From the NCBI RefSeq assembly GCF_036507355.1, contig NZ_AP027877.1: 64,000 nucleotides of DNA; one strand, written 5' to 3'. Of this stretch, positions 11,248 through 23,181 are shown piece by piece; position 1 is the stretch's first letter; the number at the start of each line of letters is the position of its first letter. The notes under the pieces are model-generated. The model did not search any database. It had not been told where the DNA came from and saw nothing but the letters and a program-made list of their open reading frames with translations. The position numbers and the translations under genes were made by a program. The DNA comes from Escherichia coli (GTDB lineage: Bacteria; Pseudomonadota; Gammaproteobacteria; Enterobacterales; Enterobacteriaceae).

Positions 11248-12438
11248 GTGACCACCCGACAGCATTCATCGTTTGCTATTGTTTTTATCCTTGGCCTGCT
11301 GGCCATGTTGATGCCGCTGTCGATTGATATGTATCTGCCCGCGCTACCGGTAATTTCAGCGCAGTTTGGCGTACCGGCGGGCAGTACGCAGATGACCCTC
11401 AGTACTTATATTCTGGGCTTTGCGTTGGGGCAGTTAATCTACGGGCCGATGGCAGACAGCTTCGGGCGTAAGCCGGTGGTTCTTGGCGGTACGCTGGTGT
11501 TTGCCGCCGCCGCGGTGGCGTGTGCGTTGGCACAAACCATCGATCAGCTGATTGTGATGCGTTTCTTCCACGGGCTGGCGGCGGCTGCGGCCAGCGTGGT
11601 TATCAACGCTTTGATGCGTGATATCTACCCGAAAGAAGAGTTCTCGCGGATGATGTCGTTTGTCATGCTGGTGACAACCATTGCACCGCTGATGGCACCG
11701 ATAGTTGGCGGCTGGGTGCTGGTGTGGCTGAGCTGGCATTACATCTTCTGGATCCTCGCCGTGGCGGCGATTCTGGCTTCGGCAATGATCTTCTTTCTGA
11801 TCAAAGAAACCTTACCACCGGAGCGTCGCCAGCCTTTTCACATTCGTACCACTATTGGTAACTTTGCGGCGCTGTTCCGTCATAAGCGTGTCCTGAGTTA
11901 TATGCTGGCCAGTGGTTTCAGCTTTGCCGGGATGTTCTCGTTCTTAAGCGCCGGACCGTTTGTCTACATTGAAATTAACCACGTCGCGCCGGAAAACTTT
12001 GGTTATTACTTTGCACTAAACATTGTTTTCCTGTTCGTGATGACCATCTTTAATAGCCGCTTCGTCCGCCGTATTGGCGCGTTAAATATGTTCCGCTCGG
12101 GGTTGTGGATACAATTTATTATGGCAGCGTGGATGGTCATCAGTGCGCTGCTGGGGCTGGGATTTTGGTCGCTGGTGGTTGGCGTTGCGGCGTTTGTGGG
12201 CTGCGTGTCGATGGTGTCATCCAATGCGATGGCGGTCATTCTTGATGAGTTTCCCCATATGGCGGGAACGGCATCTTCGCTGGCAGGAACCTTCCGTTTT
12301 GGCATAGGGGCAATTGTTGGCGCATTGCTTTCTCTTGCGACCTTTAACTCTGCATGGCCGATGATTTGGTCAATTGCATTCTGCGCAACCAGCTCCATTC
12401 TCTTCTGTCTGTACGCCAGTCGGCCGAAAAAACGGTGA
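11248..12438 (+). CDS. bcr: MFS bicyclomycin/multidrug efflux protein Bcr
   Basis: 396 aa with a GTG start, 12-TM MFS. Length and sequence as in K-12. Confidence 0.93.
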   Translation: MTTRQHSSFAIVFILGLLAMLMPLSIDMYLPALPVISAQFGVPAGSTQMTLSTYILGFALGQLIYGPMADSFGRKPVVLGGTLVFAAAAVACALAQTIDQLIVMRFFHGLAAAAASVVINALMRDIYPKEEFSRMMSFVMLVTTIAPLMAPIVGGWVLVWLSWHYIFWILAVAAILASAMIFFLIKETLPPERRQPFHIRTTIGNFAALFRHKRVLSYMLASGFSFAGMFSFLSAGPFVYIEINHVAPENFGYYFALNIVFLFVMTIFNSRFVRRIGALNMFRSGLWIQFIMAAWMVISALLGLGFWSLVVGVAAFVGCVSMVSSNAMAVILDEFPHMAGTASSLAGTFRFGIGAIVGALLSLATFNSAWPMIWSIAFCATSSILFCLYASRPKKR

Positions 12439-12452
12439 TCTATTGCACAACG

Positions 12453-12478
12453 AGGAAGCTAAAAGGCTTCCTTTGTTG
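12453..12478 (+). terminator. bcr intrinsic terminator
   Basis: Stem AGGAAGC/GCTTCCT with a 6-nt loop, followed by TTGTTG. Confidence 0.65.
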
Positions 12479-12772
12479 ATGCATGTCAACCACAAATCTA
12501 TCATTCCCCCCCGATATATGTTTATTTTATGTAAAATCAATTTATGTAAAAAGTCACATCATTGTAGTTAAAAAGGTTGAGTTAGATCGCAGAAACGGGT
12601 ACATATAGCCCCGCAAACGTGACCACGCCCGCAGATATTACTTAAATCAGAGCCATAGAGGCCACGCAGGCGAGGCATCAATCTTTACGATCTGTATAAA
12701 GACGGATTGTTGATGATGTGTTAAAATTGATGTAAATAAATTGTGAAGTAAATGTGCTTCCGGGGAAAATAA

Positions 12773-13117
12773 GTGACTTCATTACAACTCTCAATCGTCC
12801 ATCGACTGCCGCAGAACTATCGCTGGTCTGCTGGTTTCGCAGGTTCGAAGGTTGAACCGATTCCGCAAAATGGACCGTGCGGTGACAACAGCCTGGTGGC
12901 GCTTAAATTGCTTAGCCCGGATGGTGATAATGCATGGTCGGTGATGTATAAACTAAGCCAGGCGTTAAGCGACATCGAAGTTCCATGTTCGGTGCTGGAG
13001 TGTGAAGGTGAGCCGTGCCTGTTTGTAAATCGCCAGGACGAGTTTGCTGCAACATGCCGATTGAAAAATTTTGGTGTGGCAATTGCCGAACCCTTTTCAA
13101 ACTACAATCCTTTTTAA
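12773..13117 (+). CDS. yejG: Uncharacterised protein YejG
   Basis: 114 aa with a GTG start. Sequence recognised as K-12 YejG. Confidence 0.85.
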
Positions 13118-13120
13118 GCG

Positions 13121-14710
13121 TCAGCTCAACGCCAGTAGCTGACGCGTATACTCCTGCTGCGGTGTGGCAAACACGCGCGCGCACGGTCCTTGTTCCACTA
13201 CTTCCCCTTGTCGCAGTACGATAACCTGATGACATAACGCGCGGACAACGTGCAAATCGTGGCTGATAAACAAATAGGCCAGTTGATGCTTTTGTTGCAA
13301 TGATTTCAATAGCGTCAATATTTGCGCCTGTACCGTTTTGTCGAGTGATGATGTCGGTTCATCAAGTATGATCAGCGAGGGCTTAAGAATTAATGCCCTG
13401 GCAATCGCAATACGTTGTCGCTGACCACCAGAGAACTCCGCCGGATAACGCTGGCGTGTTTCAGGATCTAATCCCACTTCATGCATCACGGCTATCACTT
13501 GTTGTTCGCGTTGTGCGGCAGAAAGCGTCGGCTGGTGAACCCGTAAGCCTTCCTCAATAATCTGCAAAACGTTGAGTCGTGGGTTGAGCGAGGAGTTTGG
13601 ATCCTGAAATACCACCTGAATGCGATGACGAATAGGTAACAGCTGGCGGCGATTTAAATTTTGCAGTGGCTGACCGTCAAAGACGATGCTGCCCTGAGAG
13701 TTAATCAGTCGCAGCAGCGCCAGTCCCGTCGTGCTTTTCCCGGAACCAGACTCGCCCACTAAACCCAGTGTTTCACCCGCTCGTAGCGTAAAACTGATGT
13801 TTTTCACCACCACATTATGATCCACAATGCGCTTCAAAATCCCTTTGCGAATGGGGAAGGCAACCTGAAGCTGTTCAACATCCAGCAACGTTGAGGCAGG
13901 TTCTGGCAACGGCACTGGATCGCCTGACGGTTCACTGTTGAGTAGCTTTTGTGTGTAAGGATGAGTGGGTGAGGCAAATAGCGTAGCGGCGTTATTTTGC
14001 TCGACACAGCGACCGTTTTGCATTACCGCCACGCGGTGGGCCAGTTTTCTGACAATGCTGAGGTTATGAGTAATAAACAGCATGCCCATATTCAGCTCGC
14101 CTTGCAGTTCGCGCAACAGCTGTAAAATCTGCGCCTGGACAGAGACGTCCAGTGCGGTGGTCGGTTCATCGGCAATTAATAATTCCGGTCGCGTTAACAG
14201 CGCCATCGCAATCATCACCCGCTGGCGTTCGCCGCCGGAGAGCTGATGCGGATAATCTGTCAGCCGTTTTGCCGCCTGGCGGATACCAACGCGATCAAGG
14301 CAGTTAAGAATTTCGCCACGAGCCGCTTCCCGACGCATCCCGCGGTGGAGTGAAAGCACTTCATAAAGCTGTTTTTCCAGGGTATGCAATGGATTTAACG
14401 ACACCATCGGCTCCTGAAAAATCATGGCGATCTTATTACCGCGTACACCGCGCAACGTTTGATCGCTGGCATGAAGCAGCGATTCGCCATGAAAACGAAT
14501 ATCGCCGGAGAGATATTCAACCGGCGGGGAAGGGAGCAGGCGTAAAATTGACAGCGCGGTAACGCTTTTGCCTGAACCTGACTCACCCACCAGCGCCAGC
14601 GTTTCGCCAGCCTCAATCTGTAGTGAAACATCATTGACTACTGTACGTACGGTTTGCTGATGGCGAAAACCCACCGATAAATCTTCAATCGCTAACAGAG
14701 TTTGCGTCAT
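13121..14710 (-). CDS. yejF: Peptide/microcin C ABC transporter ATPase (fused double ATPase) YejF
   Basis: ORF trimmed to [15 protein letters not shown] (529 aa). Two Walker A motifs (GESGSGKS twice) and two signature motifs ([16 protein letters not shown]). Confidence 0.93.
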   Translation of the reverse strand: MTQTLLAIEDLSVGFRHQQTVRTVVNDVSLQIEAGETLALVGESGSGKSVTALSILRLLPSPPVEYLSGDIRFHGESLLHASDQTLRGVRGNKIAMIFQEPMVSLNPLHTLEKQLYEVLSLHRGMRREAARGEILNCLDRVGIRQAAKRLTDYPHQLSGGERQRVMIAMALLTRPELLIADEPTTALDVSVQAQILQLLRELQGELNMGMLFITHNLSIVRKLAHRVAVMQNGRCVEQNNAATLFASPTHPYTQKLLNSEPSGDPVPLPEPASTLLDVEQLQVAFPIRKGILKRIVDHNVVVKNISFTLRAGETLGLVGESGSGKSTTGLALLRLINSQGSIVFDGQPLQNLNRRQLLPIRHRIQVVFQDPNSSLNPRLNVLQIIEEGLRVHQPTLSAAQREQQVIAVMHEVGLDPETRQRYPAEFSGGQRQRIAIARALILKPSLIILDEPTSSLDKTVQAQILTLLKSLQQKHQLAYLFISHDLHVVRALCHQVIVLRQGEVVEQGPCARVFATPQQEYTRQLLALS

Positions 14711-14711
14711 G

Positions 14712-15737
14712 CTACACCGCCTTATTAGGATCAAATGCGTCGCGGACGGCTTCACCAATAAAGATCAGCAAAGACAATAATATCGCCACCGACAAGAAGG
14801 CGGTGATCCCAAGCCACGGAGCCTGAAGGTTATTTTTCCCTTGTAACAGCAGTTCACCGAGTGACGGTGAACCGAGCGGCAGACCGAAGCCGAGGAAATC
14901 GAGTGAGGTCAGGGTGGTAATCGAACTACATAAAATAAACGGTAAAAAGGTGAGGGTCGCGACCATGGCATTTGGCAACATATGACGCAGGATGATACTG
15001 CGATCGCTGACGCCAAGCGCCTGCGCCGCACGAATGTAGTCGAAATTACGGGTACGTAAAAACTCCGCCCGCACCACGCCGACCAGGCTCATCCAGCCAA
15101 ACAAGACAGTAATTGCCAGCAGCCACCAGAAGTTAGGCTGTACGACGCTGGAAAGTAAAATAATCAAAAACAGCGTCGGCATCCCCGACCATACTTCAAT
15201 AAAGCGTTGCCCCCAGAGATCGACTTTACCGCCGTAATAGCCTTGTAGCGCCCCCGCCAGCACGCCCATCACGCTGGAACAGAGAGTCAGCATCAGGCCA
15301 AACAGAACCGAGATCCGCGTGCCATAGAGAATACGTGCCAGCACATCGCCGCCGTTGGCATCCGTTCCCAGCCAGTTTTGCCGGGAAGGTGGGGAAGGGA
15401 AGGGCTTATCGGTAGCAAAGTTGATACTGGTAGCACCAAAGCGAATCGGTGCCCACAGTACCCAGCCGTTATTTTCCAGCCGCTCTTTCAGCCACGGGTC
15501 CTGATAATCAGCCTTACTTGCCAACGGGCCGCCAAAATCGCTTTCGCTGTAGTTTTTCAACAACGGGAAATACCAACTGCCGTCATAACGCACCAGCAAC
15601 GGTTTATCGTTGGCGATAAGTTCAGAACATAAACTCAAACCAAACAAGACGAGGAAAATCCATAACGACCAGTAGCCGCGACGGTTATGACGAAAACGCG
15701 CCCAACGGGCCTGGTTGACGGGGCTGAGTCGCGACAT
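14712..15737 (-). CDS. yejE: ABC transporter permease YejE
   Basis: 341 aa, Opp/Dpp-type permease. Its stop lies 1 nt from the yejF start. Confidence 0.93.
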   Translation of the reverse strand: MSRLSPVNQARWARFRHNRRGYWSLWIFLVLFGLSLCSELIANDKPLLVRYDGSWYFPLLKNYSESDFGGPLASKADYQDPWLKERLENNGWVLWAPIRFGATSINFATDKPFPSPPSRQNWLGTDANGGDVLARILYGTRISVLFGLMLTLCSSVMGVLAGALQGYYGGKVDLWGQRFIEVWSGMPTLFLIILLSSVVQPNFWWLLAITVLFGWMSLVGVVRAEFLRTRNFDYIRAAQALGVSDRSIILRHMLPNAMVATLTFLPFILCSSITTLTSLDFLGFGLPLGSPSLGELLLQGKNNLQAPWLGITAFLSVAILLSLLIFIGEAVRDAFDPNKAV

Positions 15738-16831
15738 TAACGTCCCTCAAAATCTATACGCGGATCGACCAGCGTATAGCTGATATCACTGACAATATTC
15801 AGCAGCAGGCCAATCAGGGTGAAAATATACAAGGTACCAAACATTACAGGATAATCGCGCGAGACGGTCGCTTCGTAGCCCAGTAAGCCAAGACCATTGA
15901 GTGAAAACATCACCTCAATCAGCAGCGAGCCGGTAAAAAACATGCTGATAAACGTCGCCGGAAAACCGGCAATCACCAGCAGCATGGCGTTGCGGAACAC
16001 ATGTTTCCAGAGAATATTTTTTTCACTTACCCCTTTCGCACGCGCAGTCACCACGTATTGCTTGCGCACTTCATCAAGGAATGAGTTTTTGGTCAGCATG
16101 GTCAGCGCCGCAAAGCCACCAATCACTGTCGCCAGCACCGGCAGCGTGATATGACACAGATAATCGGTGATTTTCTGATACCACGGCAGCGAATCAAAGT
16201 TAGCGGAAACCAGGCCGCGTAGAGGGAACAGGTCGAAATAGCTGCCGCCTGCGAAGAAGACAATCAGCAGGATGGCAAACAAAAAGGCCGGAATAGCGTA
16301 GCCGATGATGATAAATGCGCTACTCCAGACGTCAAAGCGGCTCCCATTATAAACAGCTTTGCGAATGCCTAACGGAATCGACACCAGATAGATAATCAGC
16401 GTGCTCCACAATCCGAGGATGATGGAAACCGGCAGACTGTCTTTAATCAGCGTCAGCACCGAGGCGCTGCGAAACAGGCTATCGCCAAAATCAAAGCGGA
16501 TATAGTCCCAGAGCATTTTGAAGTAACGTTCGTGGATCGGCTTATCGAAACCGTAGCGATGAGTGATCTCGGCGATCACTTCTGGATCTAATCCGCGTCC
16601 GCCACGGTAATTACTGTCGCTGATATTACCGACGCCCGTTTGCGCATGGCTGGCGCGAACGCCTTCACCGCCTGCGCCGGGTAATACTCCGGCATTACCA
16701 AACTCAATGGCGGCGATGGCCTGGTCGACCGGACCGCCAGGCGCAATTTGCACGATGAAAAAGTTGATAGTGATAATCGCCCATAACGTTGGGATCACCA
16801 GCAACAGACGGCGAATCAGATAAGCGCCCAT
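15737..16831 (-). CDS. yejB: ABC transporter permease YejB
   Basis: 364 aa. Overlaps yejE by 1 nt. Confidence 0.93.
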   Translation of the reverse strand: MGAYLIRRLLLVIPTLWAIITINFFIVQIAPGGPVDQAIAAIEFGNAGVLPGAGGEGVRASHAQTGVGNISDSNYRGGRGLDPEVIAEITHRYGFDKPIHERYFKMLWDYIRFDFGDSLFRSASVLTLIKDSLPVSIILGLWSTLIIYLVSIPLGIRKAVYNGSRFDVWSSAFIIIGYAIPAFLFAILLIVFFAGGSYFDLFPLRGLVSANFDSLPWYQKITDYLCHITLPVLATVIGGFAALTMLTKNSFLDEVRKQYVVTARAKGVSEKNILWKHVFRNAMLLVIAGFPATFISMFFTGSLLIEVMFSLNGLGLLGYEATVSRDYPVMFGTLYIFTLIGLLLNIVSDISYTLVDPRIDFEGR

Positions 16832-18646
16832 CTACTCTCCCTGTTGTCTGGCTGACGGCAGTTTGGCCGCTTTATTAACATCATACCACCAGGTATCGAT
16901 ACCCAGACTGTAAACAGGGCGCACAGCGGGTTGGGAGAATTTATCCCACCAGGCGAGACGGTCTTCCGCCATGTACCACATTGGCAGCATGTAATAATTC
17001 CACGTTAATACGCGATCCAGTGCTCGCCCTAACGGTAGTAATTTTTCTTTATTTCCCTGCGCGGCAATAATTTGGTTGATCAGCGAGTCGATAACCGGGC
17101 TTTGCACGCCGGGGGCATTATAAGTGGAATTGATATATTCCGATGACCAGGAAATCTGTAAATCGGAACTGGGCCACGGCATCGCCCGCCATAGGCGCGG
17201 CATCATGTCATAGTCGCGACTGCGCATGCGGTTGGTGATTTGCGAGTTATCCACCTTGTGAATGTCCATGTTGATACCCAGCCGTTGCAGGCTGTGCTGG
17301 AACGGCAATACCCACTGACTATTGCTGCTTGCGGGAAGCAATAATTCAAAGCTGAGCGGCTGACCCGTTGTGGCATTAACGCGTTGCTGACCCTTCAGCA
17401 CCCAGCCCGCTTCGTTGAGAAGTTTGTCGGCTTTTAACAGGTTGTCACGATCGTAGCCATCGCCTTTGGATACCGGCGGCTGGTAGATTTGTGTGAAGAC
17501 TTCTGGCGGTAGATCTTTTTTCATTGGTGCCAGAAGCACCAGCTCCGCGGCGTCGGGGTAATTTCTGGCCGCGTATTCGGTATTCTGAAAATAACTGTTC
17601 GTGCGACTCCAGGCATTGTAAAACAACGCCTTGTTCATCCATTCAAAGTCAAAGGCGAGAGTGATTGCTTCCCGCACCCGGCGATCGCTGAATACTGGAC
17701 GTTGGATATTAAACGCCAGCCAGCGCGTATCCTGGGCTGATTCGTTCTTTTGCTCATCTTTGATGATGTATTTTTTATCGAAATTTTTACCGGTATAACG
17801 CGTGGCCCAGTTTTTAGCGTCGTTTTCCATACGCAAATCAAAAGCACCTGCTTTAAACGCTTCAAAGGCGACATTATCATCGAGGTAATAATCGTAGCGA
17901 ATGGTGTCGAAATTCCAGCGTCCACGGTTTACCGGTAAGTTTGCTGCCCAGTAATCTTTCACGCGGGAATAGACAATATTTTGCCCCATTTTCCAGGACG
18001 TAATTCGGTACGGACCACTGGCAAGCGGAGGCGTGGCGAGTGGATCGCTAAGTTTGTGATCCTTCCAGTACTTTTCTGGAAATACCGGCAGCGAAAACAG
18101 ACTTAACATATCTTCTTTGCCGGGTTTAGCTAACTCAATGCGCACGGTTAACGGCGCAATGGCTTTGACGGTGGTGCCTTTGTAGACCAGACGAAATTGC
18201 GGCACGCCTTCGGTCATAAATTTTTGAAAAGTAAACTCTACATCGCGGGCAGTAATGGGCGAACCATCATGAAAACGGGCGCGCGGATTAATAGCGACCT
18301 CCACCCAGGAATAATCGTCAGCATAGCGTGCACTTTCAGCAATCAGCGGGTAATAACTGCCTGGTTCGTCATCGGAAGTCGTAAATAGCGTGTCGTACAG
18401 CTGCTCGGTGCGTGCGCCCGGGTTGCCGCGCAGTGCATAGCGGTTGAAATTATCGAAGGTGCCGAGGGCTGACAACGTTATCTGCCCACCTTTTGGCGCG
18501 GCGGGGTTCACATAATCAAAATGGTTGAAATTAAACGCGTACCGGGGTTCGCCCAGCACGGCAAAGGCATAGCTTTCCTTGATAGCCTGCGCCTGCGCAT
18601 CAAAGGTGAACAGAGCGATAAACAGCAGCAGTATGCGCACAATCAT
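16832..18646 (-). CDS. yejA: Periplasmic peptide-binding protein YejA (SBP family 5)
   Basis: 606-aa ORF. I chose the MIVRILLLFIALF start (604 aa, the K-12 length). The alternative start 2 codons upstream at 18652 cannot be excluded. Confidence 0.88.
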   Translation of the reverse strand: MIVRILLLFIALFTFDAQAQAIKESYAFAVLGEPRYAFNFNHFDYVNPAAPKGGQITLSALGTFDNFNRYALRGNPGARTEQLYDTLFTTSDDEPGSYYPLIAESARYADDYSWVEVAINPRARFHDGSPITARDVEFTFQKFMTEGVPQFRLVYKGTTVKAIAPLTVRIELAKPGKEDMLSLFSLPVFPEKYWKDHKLSDPLATPPLASGPYRITSWKMGQNIVYSRVKDYWAANLPVNRGRWNFDTIRYDYYLDDNVAFEAFKAGAFDLRMENDAKNWATRYTGKNFDKKYIIKDEQKNESAQDTRWLAFNIQRPVFSDRRVREAITLAFDFEWMNKALFYNAWSRTNSYFQNTEYAARNYPDAAELVLLAPMKKDLPPEVFTQIYQPPVSKGDGYDRDNLLKADKLLNEAGWVLKGQQRVNATTGQPLSFELLLPASSNSQWVLPFQHSLQRLGINMDIHKVDNSQITNRMRSRDYDMMPRLWRAMPWPSSDLQISWSSEYINSTYNAPGVQSPVIDSLINQIIAAQGNKEKLLPLGRALDRVLTWNYYMLPMWYMAEDRLAWWDKFSQPAVRPVYSLGIDTWWYDVNKAAKLPSARQQGE

Positions 18647-18727
18647 CTGCAACGGATTTCCTTTTACTCATCATTAGCCGCAATCCGGCATGCTTTCACT
18701 ATGAATAATAAGGGACGTAAGCACACC

Positions 18728-20284
18728 TTACCACTGCGGCGTATACGGTTTCTTCAGCCAGCGGACAAAATCGTCCAGCGGTAACGGGCGACTAATCCAG
18801 TAGCCTTGCATGAAATTAACGCCGCGTTCGCTTAGCCATCGCGCCTGTTCCGGCGTTTCGACCCCTTCAGCAACCGTCAGCATATTGAGGCGTTTCGCCA
18901 GCGTCAGCACCGCGTCAAGTACGGGTGAAGTGATCGTTTCCGTACCGATGGCGTTGATAAATCCACGGTCAATTTTCAGATAATCGAGCGTAAAACGCTC
19001 AAGATAGATAAGCGCGCTGTGCCCGGTGCCGAAGTCATCAATAGCAATTTCTATGCCGACCGAGTGCAGCCAGGCGAAGAGTTGTGTGGCTTCTTGCTCT
19101 TTCAGCATATCGCGCTCGGTAATTTCCAGCACAATCTGGAAATGGTGTGCGGGCAGGGAAGTGAGCAGTTTCTGGATATCTGCTTTAAAGCTTTCGCTGT
19201 GCAGATGGTCCGGCGCAATGTTAATACCAAATTTGACGCCTACCGGCAGCACTTTTTCTAATTCTGCGGCATCGCGGGCAATTAACTCAAACAGGTGCTG
19301 AGTCAGCGGCACAATCATCTTTTGCGATTCGGCAAAGTTAATGAAGGCATCCGGGGGAATTTCTCCCGCGACAGGATGCCGCCAGCGTAGCAGTACTTCC
19401 AGGCCCGTTACTCGCAAAGCTTGTGTATCCACCACCGGTTGATACGCCACGTAAAATTGTTCGCGCTTGATGGCGGTCATGATTTCTCTGCCGGGGCGCA
19501 TACGTACGCTCATCAGGTAATAGCAGAGCAGGCCAACGACAGTTCCACTCATGCCGCCCAGTAAAAATGCGTACCACACATCGTTCCATGTCCAGTCATC
19601 TGCATAAAGCCGAACGGTCAGAGGAATGCCCGCAATTTTAGTTTCACGGACTGGCATGTCGGTTAATTCGTTAACGTTCATCAAACGTGAAGAAAAGGTA
19701 GATAGAGCAGTATTGCCAATAATGAGGGCGACGCCATCGTAATCTTCCTGCCGTGAACTATAAAAGAGTGAGGGCGTCAGGTTGAGATTCAGAGCGGCAA
19801 AGACGCCGCTGTTTTTCAGCAAAGGGTTGCGATACCAGATGACGATTGCGGGTTTGTTCGGCACCATCGGCGTGCCGGGTAAGATCGCCATATCGACATT
19901 TTTATTAATGTCGAGCGCCGGAATCAATTCATTGAGTGGAATGTCCATCTCACCGGTCGCAGATGAACAGAATGTTTTTTTATCTTTCACCAGCACAAAC
20001 GTACGGACATTCATGCTAAACGCCGCTCGGGCGGTCAGTTCGGGGTTAGCCTGCTGGCAGGTATCTAAGGTCAGCGGCTGAAGCCGGTCAGTAGTGGATT
20101 TCAGGTCGGCAAAATAGGTATCGAGATACTTTTGTACGTCGGTAATCAGTGTGTCGTATTTGACTTCGTGCTTATGCCAGGCCACCAAAAACTGAAGGCA
20201 GCTCACCAGTATCGCAATCATCACGCCTGCAACAATGCAGGTAAGCAGGAGCTTACGTCCAGAATTGGGAGCGCGTATGAACAT
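18728..20284 (-). CDS. pdeN: CSS-motif c-di-GMP phosphodiesterase PdeN (Rtn)
   Basis: 518 aa. N-terminal TM/periplasmic sensor domain and a C-terminal EAL domain (EVLLRW, EITE, DDFGTG). Confidence 0.92.
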   Translation of the reverse strand: MFIRAPNSGRKLLLTCIVAGVMIAILVSCLQFLVAWHKHEVKYDTLITDVQKYLDTYFADLKSTTDRLQPLTLDTCQQANPELTARAAFSMNVRTFVLVKDKKTFCSSATGEMDIPLNELIPALDINKNVDMAILPGTPMVPNKPAIVIWYRNPLLKNSGVFAALNLNLTPSLFYSSRQEDYDGVALIIGNTALSTFSSRLMNVNELTDMPVRETKIAGIPLTVRLYADDWTWNDVWYAFLLGGMSGTVVGLLCYYLMSVRMRPGREIMTAIKREQFYVAYQPVVDTQALRVTGLEVLLRWRHPVAGEIPPDAFINFAESQKMIVPLTQHLFELIARDAAELEKVLPVGVKFGINIAPDHLHSESFKADIQKLLTSLPAHHFQIVLEITERDMLKEQEATQLFAWLHSVGIEIAIDDFGTGHSALIYLERFTLDYLKIDRGFINAIGTETITSPVLDAVLTLAKRLNMLTVAEGVETPEQARWLSERGVNFMQGYWISRPLPLDDFVRWLKKPYTPQW

Positions 20285-20391
20285 GATTCCGTTAATTTCC
20301 TGAAATTACGACAACATTTAAAAGATAACAATGACCGGACTATAGCCTGGATCAAGACGCGGAAACATCATTTTCTCTGATGAATGAAAAC

Positions 20392-20419
20392 AAAAAAGCA
20401 CTGCCTAAGCAGTGCTTTT
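20392..20419 (-). terminator. mepS intrinsic terminator
   Basis: Stem AGCACTGC/GCAGTGCT with a 4-nt loop. The A-run on the + strand is a U-run on the - strand, downstream of the mepS stop. Confidence 0.85.
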
Positions 20420-20464
20420 AGTTAACTCGTCAGGATAGCCAAGGGATTGCATCCAAACGGTTTA

Positions 20465-21031
20465 TTAGCTGCGGCTGAGAACCCGGCGTGCTTCGTTGTA
20501 ACGCTTCTTCCAGTACGGTTCATTCATGCTGGAAATAATAACACCACTGCTGGTGGAAGCATGGACAAACTGATTGTTGCCGATATAAATACCGACATGG
20601 CGTCCCGTTGAACCGGCACGGAACAGAACTAAATCACCCGTACGCAAATTACTGCGAGAAACAGATTTACCCATTTCCTGCTGTTCGTAAGTCGAACGCG
20701 GAAGTTCTAAGCCAAATTGCTCACGGAATGTACGCTGTACGAAACCAGAACAATCGATACCTTTTTTAGTGCTGCCGCCCAGACGATAACGTACGCCTTT
20801 CCAGTCAGCATACTGATCCATAATTCGCGATTTTACGTCGACATTACGAACCAGGTTTTCAAATTCATCCTGAGAAGCTTGCAGTGATGATGTTTCACTA
20901 CCCACTGCACGTGTCTCAGGATGCATATTCTTTGCGGTGTTATTTGCACTACATGCAGAAAGCAGAACCGCTACTGCAATCGCGGGAATCCCGCGCAAGA
21001 TATATCTCAAAATCGGTTGAGATTTGACCAT
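20465..21031 (-). CDS. mepS: Murein DD-endopeptidase lipoprotein MepS (Spr), NlpC/P60
   Basis: 188 aa. Lipobox LLSAC and catalytic Cys in GIDCSGF. Confidence 0.95.
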
Positions 21032-21442
21032 GTTGTTTGTTTTCCCTTGAAGTCCTTAACGACAAATATCGTTATAAAAAAATGCCAAGCGACACGAGAC
21101 TAATTACCTGGGCATGTTGAAACAATTCCTTAAGGCCAAATCTGTGGACTAACGCACAAAATTATATGCTGTGAGGATAATCTACCGCCGAGGCAAAACG
21201 AGTTCGAGATTACCCGATTGGTGCGGTCTTGGCGAGCGGTTTTACATGATTTTTTATAAGAAAAAGTGATACAGAAAGTTAATAAGCGGGATTGGTCAAT
21301 TAAAGTACGATTGAGTGAAACGCATGCAATCCATTCATTTACTTAGAGAATGATTTTTGCTTTCGATGGATGAAAGCACGGTGCGCATCATCAGGATTAT
21401 CCTCACTATAAAAATAAACCTGATGATGTTAATTACTGTGAG

Positions 21443-22156
21443 TTATTTGTTTTGGAAATGTTTGTTTTTTCCCGGTAGTGATTTGTCAAAAAAGGTGATT
21501 AATCGATCACTTAATGGCGTCAGCAACACCCAGGGCAAACCGATCAATATCACGGTCATCGAACCGACAATGATGTCAGTAAACCAGTGTGCGCCAATCA
21601 TTACTCTGGGAAACGCAAAAACCACAAAAATAATAAGGGCGATAAGACCTGCAACTTTGCCGAAATAACGCCACATGAATGCCGAAAAAATAAGCAGCAT
21701 CATGCCGTGATCGCCGGGAAAGCTATCTCGTGAGGCATCTTTCGTGGGGACAGAGAGCAGTTCGCTGACGCGGTTAATATCGGTAAAAGTCAATGTTGGG
21801 CTGGCCCGTTTTACAGGAATTAATGCCTGACCCAGCTGGTTTAATACCACTGCAGTTAATAGCATGACCAGACCAATAATCACGATACGTCGTCTGCCTG
21901 GGGCGTTTTCTTTCAGCCAGAAACTCAGCATCAACATTCCCATCGCCAGCAGTGAACAACCGTCGAAAGCGCGATTGTTGGTCAATGCAACCAGCCACAA
22001 AAAGGCCTTACTTTCGACCAGTTTCTGATTAAAGAAATAAAAAATATCCGCATCAATCGGCAACCAGAATCCATGATTAACGGGAATATACCAGGAAAGA
22101 AACAGCGCGAGGCCGACAATATTCAACAACACTATTTGCGGCAAATTTTTAATCAT
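21443..22156 (-). CDS. lpxT: Lipid A 1-diphosphate synthase LpxT (YeiU), PAP2 family
   Basis: ORF trimmed to MIKNLPQIVLLNIVGLALF (237 aa). Confidence 0.9.
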   Translation of the reverse strand: MIKNLPQIVLLNIVGLALFLSWYIPVNHGFWLPIDADIFYFFNQKLVESKAFLWLVALTNNRAFDGCSLLAMGMLMLSFWLKENAPGRRRIVIIGLVMLLTAVVLNQLGQALIPVKRASPTLTFTDINRVSELLSVPTKDASRDSFPGDHGMMLLIFSAFMWRYFGKVAGLIALIIFVVFAFPRVMIGAHWFTDIIVGSMTVILIGLPWVLLTPLSDRLITFFDKSLPGKNKHFQNK

Positions 22157-22194
22157 ATTTTCTCTAATTATCTTACTGAAAAACGCAGGCAACC

Positions 22195-23181
22195 TTACGC
22201 GGTTGTCGCTAAACGAAGCTTCAACAGCGCGCTCTGCAAGGCATTCCAGTCAGCTTCGCTGCTGGAAATCAGCTCAATACGGCTGTCCGGTGGCGCAACG
22301 TTTTGCGTTTCAATGTGCAGGTCATCGCCCTGACGGTTGATTCGCACCAGCCCTTCGGGAATACGCAGCACGCCTTTGACGCGTTCCACCGGTGCAAGTC
22401 GCGCCCATTCCAGAATGCCAATGGTGTCGAATACCGTATCAGCGTCGAATATCCAGCCGCAGGCCTGATATCCTTGCCCGCTGTTCAGACTGCGACGCCA
22501 GCGTTGATGCTCTGGCAGGCTTAACGCTGCTAACCCTTTTTTCACGACATGCTGATGAGAATGCGCGGCGCTGACGGGCAACTCGGCTAAATTGCGACGC
22601 GGCAAATCCAGAAGATGACCGTCAACTTTCCCATGCTCACTGTGAATTAATTGCCGATCGCCACCATTTTGCTGCCACCAGCGCTGTAGCGCTTGCTCGC
22701 TTTCAGGTGTCGCACGGTCGGATTTATTGGCGACAATGATGTCTGCGGCAGCCAGCTGGTCACGGAAGTTTTCATTGCTGGCGCTTTTTTCGTCCAGCAG
22801 CAGGCGTGGATCGAGAATGCACAAGGTGGCGCGCAGATCTATCCACGGTTCATAGACTGGTGCGGTTAACAGATCGAGGATCTGTTTCGGATGGCCCAGC
22901 CCAGTCGGCTCTATCAACAAGCGGTCTGGTTTTCCCTGACGCAGTAAGGTATTCAACCCTACCTGCATGGGTAAACCATTAACGCAGCACATGCAGCCGC
23001 CGGGGATCTCTTTCAGCAGTGCGCCGCTATCGGCGAGCAAAGCACCATCAATTCCGACTTCCCCAAATTCATTAACCAGTACCGCCCATTTTTCGTTGGG
23101 ATCTTTATGGGCTAACAGATGAAGAATCGACGTGGTTTTCCCGCTGCCGAGAAAACCGGTGATGAGGTTGGTCCTGGTCAC
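22195..23181 (-). CDS. yeiR: Zinc-binding G3E/COG0523 GTPase YeiR
   Basis: 328 aa. P-loop GFLGSGKTT and the CxCC metal motif GGCMCCV. Confidence 0.93.
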   Translation of the reverse strand: MTRTNLITGFLGSGKTTSILHLLAHKDPNEKWAVLVNEFGEVGIDGALLADSGALLKEIPGGCMCCVNGLPMQVGLNTLLRQGKPDRLLIEPTGLGHPKQILDLLTAPVYEPWIDLRATLCILDPRLLLDEKSASNENFRDQLAAADIIVANKSDRATPESEQALQRWWQQNGGDRQLIHSEHGKVDGHLLDLPRRNLAELPVSAAHSHQHVVKKGLAALSLPEHQRWRRSLNSGQGYQACGWIFDADTVFDTIGILEWARLAPVERVKGVLRIPEGLVRINRQGDDLHIETQNVAPPDSRIELISSSEADWNALQSALLKLRLATTA

